A stretch of 64,000 nucleotides of DNA, from assembly GCA_037444165.1 (NCBI GenBank), contig JBBIMX010000002.1, forward strand, positions 7,825 to 71,824, written 5' to 3'. The stretch is from Deltaproteobacteria bacterium (GTDB lineage: Bacteria > Desulfobacterota > BSN033 > UBA1163). The position numbers and the translations under genes are program-made. This document shows, in pieces, positions 18,515-28,696 of this stretch. The notes under the pieces are model-generated. The model was not told where the DNA came from. It ran no database searches and saw only the letters and a list, made by a program, of their open reading frames with translations. Each line of letters starts with the position of its first letter. Position 1 is the stretch's first letter.

Positions 18515-20808
18515 AAGAGATTAATAAGAAATTAGAGGAGATCTACCATAAAATTAAAGCCGAGATTCAATGGGAACCTATCGGGCATACCCCCATGCCT
18601 GAGATTGCGGATCTCAGAAACTGGGATATGAAGCTTCTTCAGACTTACAAACCCTGGTATGCTCCGTTTTGCGATCTATGTTGTTTTTGCACTTATGGAA
18701 AGTGTGACCTAACAGAAGATCGCAGGGGAGCCTGTGGAATTGATATTGCGACCCAACAGGCAAGGTTTGTTCTTTTAGCTTGTCTTATGGGGGCTTCAGC
18801 CCATGCTTCCCATGCAGGACATATCCTTGAAGTTCTTATTGAAAAGCATGGTCCAGATAAAAAGATTAATCTGGGAACCTCTATTGAGCTTGAAGCACCA
18901 AATATTAGGACTGTTCTTGGATTAAAACCTGAGACCTTAGGAGATCTTAAGATTGCAATCGAATATGTTTACAAAGAGATTACTCACCTCCTTGATTCAA
19001 CAGCGATGGGACAAGAAGGAAGTCCCCTGGATTACGAATCCAAATCCCTCCATGCAGGTATGCTTGACCATGTTGGAATGGAGGTTGCAGATATTGCTCA
19101 GATCGTAGGATTCAATTACCCTACTTCGGTTGCCGATACCCCTCTGGTAGACCTTGGATGGAATTCAGTGGATAAGACAAAACCGATCATCTGTTTTATT
19201 GGACATAATCCTGCCACCTCAACTGTTGTGGTGGATTATCTCCAGGAAAATAATCTTTATGATAAAGTGGAACTGTGTGGAATCTGCTGTACTGCCTTAG
19301 AAACGACTCGCTATTATCCAAGGGCAAAAGTCATCGGTCCTTTCTCTCGACAGCTTTTCTACATTCGGAGCGGGATTGCTGATGTCCTTATGACCGATGA
19401 GCAGTGTATTCGCACCGATATGCCTCAGGAAGCCACCAAGGCGGGCTCAGCTCTGATTGCGGCACTCGATAAGGCCATGTATGGTCTTGAGGACGCTACC
19501 GACATGCCAGCCGATGAAATTGTGAAAAAGATGGTTGAGGAAAAGAAGCATTTTGCCATCCTCGATCCAAAAAAAGCGGCTGAGGTGGCTGTCAAAGTGG
19601 CTATGGCCATTGCTCCTCAAAGGAGAAAAGAGTGGCTCTCAGAACAAGAAGCACAGGAACTTTCTAAAAAATGTAGCCTTTGTGGAATGTGCGAAACTGC
19701 TTGCCCCAATCTCTTCGATATTGGAAAAGGGGTCAGTGAAGTCGCCAAGGGAAATTACGAGGTCATTCAGGAGCTATTTAATTACTGTGTGGGTTGTGGA
19801 AAATGTGAAGAAGAGTGTCCAAGAAATATCCCCATCCTAAAGATTATGCAGGTTGGGGCAAGCAAGGAGACATATAAGGTAAGGGCAGGACGTGGCCCGA
19901 TCATGGATACTGAAATCAGAACGGTCGGGGCCCCTATTACTTTAGGAACCATCCCCGGGGTAGTTGCCTTGGTGGGTTGCTCCAATTTCCCGGATATTAG
20001 AGACCTTGCAGAGATTGTGGATGAATTTGCTCGTAGAAAATATATTGTCGTCGTTTCAGGCTGTACCTCTATGGCGGTGGGAATGTGGAAGGACGGAGAT
20101 GGAAAAACGATCTATGAAAAATACCCACCTACCTTTGACGCAGGAGGAGTGGTGAATGTGGGTTCCTGTGTGGCCAATAGCCATATTTCGGGGGCAGCCA
20201 TAAAGATTGCAAATATCTTTGCAGCCCTTCCTTTAAGAGCCAATTATGAAGTCATGGCCGACTATGTCTTAAATCGGGTCGGAGCAGTAGGAATCGCCTG
20301 GGGAGCTTACTCCCAGAAAGCCGCCTCTATTGCAACAGGATTTAATCGGTTAGGGGTACCTGTTATTCTTGGTCCTCATTCTTCAAAATATCGAAGACTC
20401 TACCTCTCCAGAAAGGAAGAGGATGAATGGAAGGTGATGGATGCAAGGAAGAAACAGATTGTTGAAACCGGAGAGCCTTCACCGGAACATCTCGCCTATG
20501 TCTGCGAGACGAAAGAGAAAGCCATGGTGATGATTCCTAAACTCTGTATCCGAAAGAACGATACTCCTCAGGGGAGAGCGATTAAACTCAATCATTATAT
20601 CTCCCTTTACAAAAAATATATGGGAGGGGGGCTCCCCGAAGATCTTCATCTCTATGTCCGAAGAGATGCGGATATTCCATTGGTTTACAAGAAAGAGGTC
20701 AAGGCCTATTTAACCCAGATCGGCTGGAAGCCAAAGGAACCAGTGGGACTTCCTACTCTGATTGGAACCTATCCAACTAAAGTTCCTGTGGATTCCGTCA
20801 TTCATTAA
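18502..20808 (+). CDS. cdhA: Ni-CO dehydrogenase catalytic (alpha) subunit, archaeal CdhA type with internal 2x[4Fe-4S] ferredoxin domain
   Basis: N-terminal CDLCCFCTYGKC cluster motif; internal CSLCGMCETACP and CVGCGKCEEECP; 768 aa. Confidence 0.9.
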   Translation: MAELKEINKKLEEIYHKIKAEIQWEPIGHTPMPEIADLRNWDMKLLQTYKPWYAPFCDLCCFCTYGKCDLTEDRRGACGIDIATQQARFVLLACLMGASAHASHAGHILEVLIEKHGPDKKINLGTSIELEAPNIRTVLGLKPETLGDLKIAIEYVYKEITHLLDSTAMGQEGSPLDYESKSLHAGMLDHVGMEVADIAQIVGFNYPTSVADTPLVDLGWNSVDKTKPIICFIGHNPATSTVVVDYLQENNLYDKVELCGICCTALETTRYYPRAKVIGPFSRQLFYIRSGIADVLMTDEQCIRTDMPQEATKAGSALIAALDKAMYGLEDATDMPADEIVKKMVEEKKHFAILDPKKAAEVAVKVAMAIAPQRRKEWLSEQEAQELSKKCSLCGMCETACPNLFDIGKGVSEVAKGNYEVIQELFNYCVGCGKCEEECPRNIPILKIMQVGASKETYKVRAGRGPIMDTEIRTVGAPITLGTIPGVVALVGCSNFPDIRDLAEIVDEFARRKYIVVVSGCTSMAVGMWKDGDGKTIYEKYPPTFDAGGVVNVGSCVANSHISGAAIKIANIFAALPLRANYEVMADYVLNRVGAVGIAWGAYSQKAASIATGFNRLGVPVILGPHSSKYRRLYLSRKEEDEWKVMDARKKQIVETGEPSPEHLAYVCETKEKAMVMIPKLCIRKNDTPQGRAIKLNHYISLYKKYMGGGLPEDLHLYVRRDADIPLVYKKEVKAYLTQIGWKPKEPVGLPTLIGTYPTKVPVDSVIH

Positions 20809-20822
20809 AAAGGAGGGTAAAG

Positions 20823-21380
20823 ATGAGTCAATTAGCTCCAATGTTACCGATGCATCGAGTCAATGTCCTGACAGGGACAAGAACGGCAAGGATGGTGGAG
20901 GACCCTGCGGAATTGGCTAAACAAATCTTGAAAGCCCAGAGACCCCTTCTTGTTCTCGGCCCACGTTTGATGAAAATCAATCTTGGCGGAAGGCTGCTTC
21001 TCGAATATGCCTTAGACATTGCCAAGGCTAAAAATATCCCAACCTGTGCGACGGCGACCGTGAAATCGAAAATGGTAGAATTGGGAATGACTCCGGATAG
21101 TGTCTATGATATCGTGGAGATCATCCATGCCTTGAAGGATCCAGAGTGGAAGGGGGTGAGGAAAGAAGGAAATCACGATCTGGTTCTCTTTTTTGGATTC
21201 AGAACGGACCTTGGAAATCAGGGACTTTCCGTGCTTAAACATTTTGCACCTCATCTGAAGACGATGACCCTGTGCAAGTACTATTATCCTCACGCCGATT
21301 TTTCTCTTCCCAACATCAGGAAGGATGAACAGTGGAAGGCCTTCCTGGAGGGATTAATCGAAAATTTGAAAAAAGAATAA
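20823..21380 (+). CDS. cdhB: ACDS epsilon subunit
   Basis: 185-aa protein directly after cdhA, as in archaeal cdhAB pairs. Confidence 0.7.
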   Translation: MSQLAPMLPMHRVNVLTGTRTARMVEDPAELAKQILKAQRPLLVLGPRLMKINLGGRLLLEYALDIAKAKNIPTCATATVKSKMVELGMTPDSVYDIVEIIHALKDPEWKGVRKEGNHDLVLFFGFRTDLGNQGLSVLKHFAPHLKTMTLCKYYYPHADFSLPNIRKDEQWKAFLEGLIENLKKE

Positions 21381-21406
21381 TCAATCCTACGAAAGGAGAG
21401 TAAAAG

Positions 21407-22651
21407 ATGGAGTTTCATGTAGACATTGGACCCCAATATGAAGGTGAAGTGATTCGGAAAGAAAACCTCTATATTGAATTTGGAGGACCCAAAGTCGCCC
21501 ATAAATTTGAATTGGCGACTGTCAAGAGTCCGGAGGAGATCGAAAACGAAAAAGTGGAAATTATTGGCCCGGATATCAATGAACTGACCCCTTACGATCC
21601 AGAGACGGATAAGGGGGGATCCTATCCTATCGCGATCATGATCGATGTGGCCGGGGCTGAGTTGGACAAGGACGCCGAACCTATCATCGAAAGAAAGATT
21701 CACATGTATCTGAACTTCATCCAGGGATGGTATCACATGAACCAGAGGCAGGACATGTGGGTGAGAATGAGTACAGATGCATACAAGAAAGGATTCACCT
21801 CTCTAAAAGAGTTGGGAGAAATCTTTAACTTCCTTTTTACCTCTGAGATGCCGATCATTGAAAAGATTCAAACCACCATCGTTACCGACCCAAAGAAGGT
21901 GGAAGAGCTCCTACCCGAAGCCTTACAACGATATGCGGCCCGTGACGAACGAGCTCGCCAACTCAAAGACGAGGATGTCGATACCTTCTATGGATGTGTC
22001 CTCTGTCAGAGTTTTGCACCCACCCATTGTTCTATTATTGCTCCCAACCGGATTGCCAACTGCGGAGCGATTAACTGGTTCGACGGGCGAGCCGCTGCAA
22101 AGATTGATCCTGAAGGACCCATCTTTGCTATTCCTAAAGGGGAGTTAATCGACCCGGCGAGAGGAGAATACGAAGGAGTCAATAAAGTCGTCGCCGAGAA
22201 ATCTCTGGGAACCTATGATCGAGTCTATCTTTACAGTGCCTTTGAACATCCTCACACCTCCTGCGGTTGTTTTCAGGCCATAGTGTTTTATATTCCAGAG
22301 GTCGATGCCTTTGGCATTGTTCATCGAGAATTTAAAGGAGAGACCGTGATCGGGATCACCTTCTCGAGAATGGCAGGGGAAACCTCTGGAGGTAAACAGG
22401 TGGAAGGGAGACTGGGAACAGGACTGGAACAACTGCGATCTCCCAAATTTATTCAGGCCGATGGAGGACTGGCTCGAATCGTCTGGATGCCTAAGGAAAT
22501 TAAAGAAAGATTCAGGGATGTCTTAGAAGCCAAGGGGCTTTATGATAAGATTGCAACGGAAGAAGATGCGAAAAACCCGGATGAACTCACCGCGTTCTTG
22601 GAAAAGGTTGGACATCCTTGGCTAAAAGGAGAAGTGGAACTTCCAGTCTAA
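21407..22651 (+). CDS. cdhC: Acetyl-CoA synthase (A-cluster) beta subunit, short archaeal-type
   Basis: 414 aa lacking the bacterial AcsB N-terminal domain; A-cluster motifs CGAINWFDG and SCGCF (Cys-Gly-Cys). Confidence 0.85.
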   Translation: MEFHVDIGPQYEGEVIRKENLYIEFGGPKVAHKFELATVKSPEEIENEKVEIIGPDINELTPYDPETDKGGSYPIAIMIDVAGAELDKDAEPIIERKIHMYLNFIQGWYHMNQRQDMWVRMSTDAYKKGFTSLKELGEIFNFLFTSEMPIIEKIQTTIVTDPKKVEELLPEALQRYAARDERARQLKDEDVDTFYGCVLCQSFAPTHCSIIAPNRIANCGAINWFDGRAAAKIDPEGPIFAIPKGELIDPARGEYEGVNKVVAEKSLGTYDRVYLYSAFEHPHTSCGCFQAIVFYIPEVDAFGIVHREFKGETVIGITFSRMAGETSGGKQVEGRLGTGLEQLRSPKFIQADGGLARIVWMPKEIKERFRDVLEAKGLYDKIATEEDAKNPDELTAFLEKVGHPWLKGEVELPV

Positions 22652-22747
22652 ACCAAGAGATCTGTTATCTGTGGTGAGTGATCAGGCTGGAACCATTCAT
22701 CCTTAACCACTGATTGATATTTCATTTTATTTAAAGGGGGGTGCGAT

Positions 22748-24106
22748 ATGCCGATATCAGGTTCAGAAATTGTAAAGATGCTTCCGGGAAGAAAACCCTG
22801 CAAAGATTGTGGCTTTCCAACCTGTTTCGCCTTTGCAATGAAGCTTGCCACCGGTGGGGCTTCGCTGGATAAATGTCCCTATCTTTCGCCGGAGGTAAAG
22901 GCTAAACTGGAAGACCTCCTTGCCCCTGCCATCAAGCTGGTCACCATTGGGACAGGGGACAATAAAGTTCAGGTTGGAAATGAAGAGGTGATCTATCGAC
23001 ATGAGAAAACTTATATCCATCCACCTGGAATAGGCCTTCTTATTTCAGACAAGGAAGGGGAAGCCAAGGCGGATGAAAAGATAAAGAAGGTCAAAGAGCT
23101 GCAGTTTCCCTGGGTGGGCCTTACCCTTAAGGCCGAGCTGCTTGCCCTTCAGTTTGAATCCAGCAACAAAGAGAAATACCTTGCCTTGGTCAAAAAGGCA
23201 GCCCAGAGCGGACTGGGGCTCATCTTGATCTCCAAGGATCTCGATGTCCTGTTTTCGGCCAGAGATCTCTGCGCCGGCCAAAGACCCCTTCTCTATCCGA
23301 TCACCAAAGAGAATATTGACCAGGCGATTCCAAAAATCAAAGAGAAACCGACTCCCCTCGGAGTCTATGGAGCAGGGATTGAGGAACTCATCCCTTTGAC
23401 CAAGAAATTGAAAGAGGCAGGGGTCGACGAACTTCTTCTGGATCCGGGCTCAAAAAATATATTAGATGCGATCAGGGATCAAACCTTTATTCGAAGGGCA
23501 GCCCTAAAGCAGGGATTCAGACCTTTGGGCTATCCAACGATAGCCTTTCCCTGCTTCATGGTGAAAGATGGGCTCAAGGAGATCCTTACCGCTTCCGTCT
23601 TGATCAATAAATTTGCATCGGTCATCATTCTTTCTGACTTTGACCAATCTACCCTCCTTCCTCTCCTGGTTCAGCGTCTCAATATCTATACGGATCCACG
23701 TTTCCCGATGGCCGTGGAAGAGAAATACTATGAGATCGGAACCCCTGATGAGAATTCGCCGGTTCTGATTACATCAAACTGGGCCCTCACCTACTTTATC
23801 GTCTCCTCGGCCATTGAGGCGACCAAGATTCCTTCCTATCTCTGTGTAAAAGATACGGAAGGATTGGGAGTGCTGACAGGATGGGCTGCTGGAAAGTTTA
23901 CCGGGGATTCGGTAGCCGCCATGGTCAAAAAATCAGGAATCGAAAACAAAGTGAAAAATAAAAAGATTGTGATTCCCGGTCGAGTCGCCAGAATCAAAGG
24001 GGAATTGGAGGACGCCCTTCCAGGCTGGGAGGTGGTGGTGGGCCCAAGAGAAGCCTCCGGCATCGGCGCCTTCTTGCCTGAGTATGCTAAAAGTTTGAGA
24101 AAATGA
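22748..24106 (+). CDS. cdhE: Corrinoid iron-sulfur protein large subunit / ACDS gamma subunit
   Basis: N-terminal [4Fe-4S] motif CKDCGFPTCFAFAMKLATGGASLDKC followed by TIM-barrel and B12-binding domains. Confidence 0.85.
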   Translation: MPISGSEIVKMLPGRKPCKDCGFPTCFAFAMKLATGGASLDKCPYLSPEVKAKLEDLLAPAIKLVTIGTGDNKVQVGNEEVIYRHEKTYIHPPGIGLLISDKEGEAKADEKIKKVKELQFPWVGLTLKAELLALQFESSNKEKYLALVKKAAQSGLGLILISKDLDVLFSARDLCAGQRPLLYPITKENIDQAIPKIKEKPTPLGVYGAGIEELIPLTKKLKEAGVDELLLDPGSKNILDAIRDQTFIRRAALKQGFRPLGYPTIAFPCFMVKDGLKEILTASVLINKFASVIILSDFDQSTLLPLLVQRLNIYTDPRFPMAVEEKYYEIGTPDENSPVLITSNWALTYFIVSSAIEATKIPSYLCVKDTEGLGVLTGWAAGKFTGDSVAAMVKKSGIENKVKNKKIVIPGRVARIKGELEDALPGWEVVVGPREASGIGAFLPEYAKSLRK

Positions 24107-24606
24107 GACAACAGGGGGAAGACCTTTCGAAACTCTCATCCATTTTTGAGGCCTATGGAAATGAGAGAAATGGTTTAATCCCCATCCTGCTTGAGATTCA
24201 GAAAGAGTTCGGGTATCTACCCAAAGAGGCCTTAAAAGAAGTGGCCACTTTCCTCAAAATGAAGCCCATTGACGTTTGGGGAGTGGCCACTTTTTATAAT
24301 CAGTTTCGTTTAACCCCCCTCGGAAAAACTCATATTAAAGTCTGTATGGGAACAGCCTGCCATCTGGCGGGGGGAAGATTGGTGTTGGAGGCTCTGGAGA
24401 GGGAACTCGATCTCAAGGTAGGTCAAACTTCTGAGGATGGCCAATTCAGCCTCGAAAGGGTGGCCTGTATTGGCTGTTGTATGCTGGCCCCGGTCATTGT
24501 GATCCGGGATAAAATTTATCCCAAGATGTCGCCCTTCAAGGTAGAAGAATCCCTTATCCCTTACAGGCAGAAGGCGGAATCTCCCTTAGAAGAAGGAAAG
24601 GATTAG
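24103..24606 (+). CDS. NuoE/HoxE-like thioredoxin-fold [2Fe-2S] subunit
   Basis: CMGTACHLAGG...CIGCCMLAP four-Cys motif of 24-kDa subunit family. Confidence 0.85.
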   Translation: MRQQGEDLSKLSSIFEAYGNERNGLIPILLEIQKEFGYLPKEALKEVATFLKMKPIDVWGVATFYNQFRLTPLGKTHIKVCMGTACHLAGGRLVLEALERELDLKVGQTSEDGQFSLERVACIGCCMLAPVIVIRDKIYPKMSPFKVEESLIPYRQKAESPLEEGKD

Positions 24607-24607
24607 A

Positions 24608-26530
24608 TTGACTTTTGAAGAGATCCAAAAAAGGGCTAAGGCCCAATGGTTAGACTTGGAAGGAAGGACTCATATAAAGATTGGAGCAGCGACCTGCGGC
24701 CGAGCGGCAGGGGCTCTTGAAGTCTTTCAAGCCTTTGAAGAGGAGCTGTCCCGAAGAGGCCTCGATGTGGCTGTCATTCAAGTGGGTTGCATTGGCCTTT
24801 GTTATGCAGAGCCTCTGGTCATCATCTCCAAACCGCACTCCTATCAAATTGTTTATCATCATGTCACTCCTGAGTTAGTTCCTCGTTTGATCGATGGCTA
24901 TGTCGAAGGAGAGGACCCCTGCCTAGAGCTTGCCCTTGGAACCCTTGAAATAGATGAAAGGGGATTCCCCTCGATCCCCGAGCTTCCGAGATTTGCGTAT
25001 GAATATCGACTCATTTTAAGAAACTGTGGATATATAGATCCAACCAATATTTATCACTATCTTGCAAATGGTGGGTATCTCGCTCTCCAAAAGGCCCTTA
25101 GGATGGATCCTAACGAAATCATCAAAGAAGTATCAAAATCCGGTCTCCGAGGAAGGGGAGGGGCAGGTTTCCCAACAGGGGTCAAATGGGAGCAATGCTA
25201 TAAAGCTCCCGGAGGGGTAAAATATGTCATCTGTAACGCAGATGAAGGAGACCCAGGTGCTTTTATGGATCGGGTCATCTTGGAAAGCGATCCTCATCAG
25301 GTGATTGAAGGGATGATCATTGCGGGTTATACCATTGGGGCTCAAAAGGGATATATCTATGTCCGGGCTGAATATCCACTGGCCATTGATCGTGTCAAAG
25401 AGGCATTGAGAGAAGCGGAAGGGATAGGAGTCTTAGGAAAGAATATTCTTGAAAGTGATTTTCACTTTCATATCGGAATTGTCCAGGGAGCAGGCGCCTT
25501 TGTATCAGGAGAGGCAACCGCTCTGGTAGAAGCGATGGAGGGAAAGAGAAGCGAGCCCAGAGTCAGACCCCCCAGGCTCTCGGAAAAGGGACTCTGGGGA
25601 GCCCCTACCCTTCTAAATAACGTAAAAACATTTTCTTACATTCCAATAATTATAAATAGAGGGTCCGATGCGTTTTCCTCCATTGGAACAGAGAAAAGTA
25701 AAGGGACAGCCGTTTTCACCCTTGCAGGAAAGGTAAACTACCCCGGGCTTACTGAAGTCCCGATGGGAACGACCCTGAGGACTCTTGTTTATGAGATTGC
25801 AGGAGGAATGAAGAACGGAAAACAATTTAAGGCAGTCCAGATTGGAGGCCCTTCAGGGGGATGCATTCCCGAATCCCTTTTAGATATCCCTATTGATTAC
25901 GATTCCCTTCAGAATGCCGGTTCGATGATGGGTTCGGGAGGAATGATCTTTATGGACGAGGAGGATTGTGCAGTCGATACCGCCCGATTCTTTCTCGACT
26001 TTACCACGAAGGAATCCTGTGGTAAATGTACGATGTGCAGGCTTGGGACACTCCAACTCCTAAGCCTTCTCGAAGAGATCTGTTCTGGAAAGGCCGATAT
26101 GGAAGACCTCCTCCTCCTTCGGGAACTGGCGGAAGACGTAAAGATGGGATCCCTTTGTGGATTGGGCCGATCTGCTCCCAATCCGGTCCTGACAACGATT
26201 CGATATTTTGAGCAAGAGTATCGGGCCCATATTGTAGAAAAACGATGTCCTGCTTTGGTCTGCAAGGATCTTATCGCCTTCTATATCCTGCCGGAGAAAT
26301 GTGATCGAGCTTGTGAACATTGTATCCTGGTTTGCCCAACTGAAGCGATCAAAGGAGGAAAAGGAGAGATTAAAGTGATTGATCAGGGGAAATGCTCGAA
26401 ATGCGGAACCTGTTTGGAGGTTTGTCCAAAGGAGTATAATGCAGTGACGAAGATATCCCCCATCAGTAAACTTCCTAAGGACGGGAGACAAATGGAATCT
26501 CCCGCTTCTTTGAAAGAGGGAGTGGGATGA
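24608..26530 (+). CDS. NuoF-like NAD(P)H-binding FMN flavoprotein with N-terminal thioredoxin-like domain and C-terminal 2x[4Fe-4S] ferredoxin domain
   Basis: GRGGAGFPTGVKWE (FMN/NADH site); SCGKCTMCRLGT N3 cluster; C-terminal CEHCILVCP and CSKCGTCLEVCP. Confidence 0.9.
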   Translation: MTFEEIQKRAKAQWLDLEGRTHIKIGAATCGRAAGALEVFQAFEEELSRRGLDVAVIQVGCIGLCYAEPLVIISKPHSYQIVYHHVTPELVPRLIDGYVEGEDPCLELALGTLEIDERGFPSIPELPRFAYEYRLILRNCGYIDPTNIYHYLANGGYLALQKALRMDPNEIIKEVSKSGLRGRGGAGFPTGVKWEQCYKAPGGVKYVICNADEGDPGAFMDRVILESDPHQVIEGMIIAGYTIGAQKGYIYVRAEYPLAIDRVKEALREAEGIGVLGKNILESDFHFHIGIVQGAGAFVSGEATALVEAMEGKRSEPRVRPPRLSEKGLWGAPTLLNNVKTFSYIPIIINRGSDAFSSIGTEKSKGTAVFTLAGKVNYPGLTEVPMGTTLRTLVYEIAGGMKNGKQFKAVQIGGPSGGCIPESLLDIPIDYDSLQNAGSMMGSGGMIFMDEEDCAVDTARFFLDFTTKESCGKCTMCRLGTLQLLSLLEEICSGKADMEDLLLLRELAEDVKMGSLCGLGRSAPNPVLTTIRYFEQEYRAHIVEKRCPALVCKDLIAFYILPEKCDRACEHCILVCPTEAIKGGKGEIKVIDQGKCSKCGTCLEVCPKEYNAVTKISPISKLPKDGRQMESPASLKEGVG

Positions 26531-26558
26531 CCTCGAGGAAAGGATTGAGGGAATAAAT

Positions 26559-27314
26559 ATGGCCAGAAGAATTGTTGCGACTGGAAGAGGAGGGGCAGGG
26601 AAATCTACCTTTGTAGCTCTCATGAGTCGATACCTTAAGCCCCCTTCATTACTGATTGATCTTGACCCGGACTTGAGTCTGGCTGATATGCTCGGGATCG
26701 ATTTGAGAGAACAGGGAAAGAGAACCGTGGTTGAAGCCCTCTATGATGCGGTCAAGGAAAGGCAGCGGGGAGGAAGTCCGTTGACCCCTGTTGAGGATCG
26801 ATTCAAAGGCCTTCTCTGGGGAGACTGTCTCTATGAAGGGAGAGGGTTTGATGTGATCACGCTTGGGACGAAGGATCTCGAAGGCTGTTATTGTTACCCT
26901 GACCATCTCCTCAGAAAGACGATCGGTGAATTATCTAAACATTATACCAACGTTGTCATCGATTCTCCAGCAGGATTGGAACATCTCAATCGAAACATCG
27001 TCTCCGAGGTGGATGAGCTTTTCCTCATCCTCGATCCTTCAGAAAAATCTCTCGTCCACATCAAAAAGGTCAAACTCGTTTTAAAGGAAGTGGGAACGAT
27101 TTATCATCACTTCTATCTGGTCGGGAATTACATGTTTGATGAAGCCTCGGAAAAGCATTTTCGAGAGGCAGGCGAACTCTTCCTTGGGAGAATTGAGTAT
27201 GACCCAAAAGTGGAAGAATATAATCTCACTGGGAAACCCCTTCGTGAACTTCCCGAGGATTCCCCTGCCTGCCGTTCGGTGAAAAAGATCTTGGAGAAAG
27301 CGGGGTTGGCTTAA
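26559..27314 (+). CDS. cooC: CODH/ACS nickel-insertion ATPase CooC/AcsF family
   Basis: P-loop GRGGAGKST (MinD/ParA deviant Walker A) and CYCYP metal-binding CxC motif. Confidence 0.8.
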   Translation: MARRIVATGRGGAGKSTFVALMSRYLKPPSLLIDLDPDLSLADMLGIDLREQGKRTVVEALYDAVKERQRGGSPLTPVEDRFKGLLWGDCLYEGRGFDVITLGTKDLEGCYCYPDHLLRKTIGELSKHYTNVVIDSPAGLEHLNRNIVSEVDELFLILDPSEKSLVHIKKVKLVLKEVGTIYHHFYLVGNYMFDEASEKHFREAGELFLGRIEYDPKVEEYNLTGKPLRELPEDSPACRSVKKILEKAGLA

Positions 27315-27315
27315 G

Positions 27316-28083
27316 ATGGGAAAAATCCATGTGGTAACAGGAAGAGGGGGAACGGGTAAATCCACATTTACCGCTTTCATGGCAAGATTTTTGTCTGCTT
27401 CTTCCCTTCTTCTCATCGATCTCGATCCTGATGGAAGTCTCCCCAAGATGCTGGGGGCAAATCTTGAAGAGGAAGGGAAATGGACCATCTCCGATGCCCT
27501 CTATGAAGTGATGGGAAAAGGAAGGGAAACAAAGGATATTCCAGATCTTCTCAGACAAAAGATGGAAGAAGGTCGAATCCTTTATCACGGGGGCAAATTT
27601 GACCTCATCGTTCTCGGTACGAAACTGGCTCAGGGGTGCTACTGTTTACCAGATGAAATGATCAAAGAGCTGATCAGAACTCTAAATAAAAATTATGACA
27701 TCGTGCTGGTAGACTCCCCTGCAGGTCTGGAACATCTGAATCGAAAAGTCACCCCCGACATTGATGATCTTTTTGTCATCATGGATCCCTCTGAAAAATC
27801 GGCCAAACATATCGAAAGAATGAAATCTGTGATCAAAGGGGTCAATATCCACTATCAACATCTCTATTTGGTCGGAAACTACCGGTTCACAGAGGAAGCG
27901 GAAGCCTATCTCCTGAGATCAGGGGAGAGATATCTTGGAAGAATTGCCTTTGATCCCCTTGTCAGAGAATTTAACTTAAAAGGGGAGTCCTTATTGAATA
28001 TTCCTGAAGAGGCTCCATCCTCGTTATCGGTAAAGAAAATTCTTCGAGGGGCAGGGTATGATCATCTATCAGAATATCACTGA
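27316..28083 (+). CDS. cooC: CODH/ACS nickel-insertion ATPase CooC/AcsF family (second paralog)
   Basis: GRGGTGKST P-loop, CYCLP CxC motif; about 45% identical to the preceding gene. Confidence 0.8.
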   Translation: MGKIHVVTGRGGTGKSTFTAFMARFLSASSLLLIDLDPDGSLPKMLGANLEEEGKWTISDALYEVMGKGRETKDIPDLLRQKMEEGRILYHGGKFDLIVLGTKLAQGCYCLPDEMIKELIRTLNKNYDIVLVDSPAGLEHLNRKVTPDIDDLFVIMDPSEKSAKHIERMKSVIKGVNIHYQHLYLVGNYRFTEEAEAYLLRSGERYLGRIAFDPLVREFNLKGESLLNIPEEAPSSLSVKKILRGAGYDHLSEYH

Positions 28084-28696
28084 AGAAAGTTTTGGATTAG
28101 CCTTAGATCTGGCGATCAAAAGGCTTAACACTCTGGAGTCTGAGGAATTATGTAAAAATACCGGGGGCTTTCTCATTCATCCTCAAAAAATGCTTCTGAC
28201 TTACTTGAATCATCCTTATCTCGTAGATCTTCAAAGCGGAACCATCTCTTCTCAAGAGGATCCAGGTTTAGAGGTTTCCCTTAAGGATCGAATCCTGATC
28301 CTTCACTACTTGACCCAAGCCAAAGGAACTCCTCTCACCCATCGGCTGATCACTTATGCTCAAATTCAAGGGGGAAGATTTTACTGCCCTGCCTTTCAGA
28401 AAAGGACGATAGAGCCGATTCTCCAGAGCTTTGGAAATCGGCTAGAATCCCTTATCGAGGCCTCCCGAGAACTGGGAGGGAAGCAGGCTTCCTATGGTGA
28501 TGCGTCTGTCTATTTTCATCCTTTCCCTTTGATTAAGCTTGTGATCGTCCTGTGGCGTGGGGATGAAGAGGTTTCACCCAATGGGAATATCCTTTTTGAT
28601 AAGAATATCACCGATTACCTTTCAGCAGAGGATATCGCCGTCCTCTCTGAAACCCTCATCTGGAAGCTCATTCGAAAGGTAAAGCACTCGCCATGA
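28058..28696 (+). CDS. DUF3786 domain protein (acs-cluster-associated, function unknown)
   Basis: 212-aa protein matching my recollection of the DUF3786 family commonly found in acs clusters; overlaps cooC stop. Confidence 0.5.
   Translation: MIIYQNITEESFGLALDLAIKRLNTLESEELCKNTGGFLIHPQKMLLTYLNHPYLVDLQSGTISSQEDPGLEVSLKDRILILHYLTQAKGTPLTHRLITYAQIQGGRFYCPAFQKRTIEPILQSFGNRLESLIEASRELGGKQASYGDASVYFHPFPLIKLVIVLWRGDEEVSPNGNILFDKNITDYLSAEDIAVLSETLIWKLIRKVKHSP

Noticed and set aside
21290-21736. 148-aa minus-strand ORF
   Set aside because: Antisense across the cdhB/cdhC junction
26060-26623. 187-aa minus-strand ORF
   Set aside because: Antisense to the NuoF-like gene C-terminus
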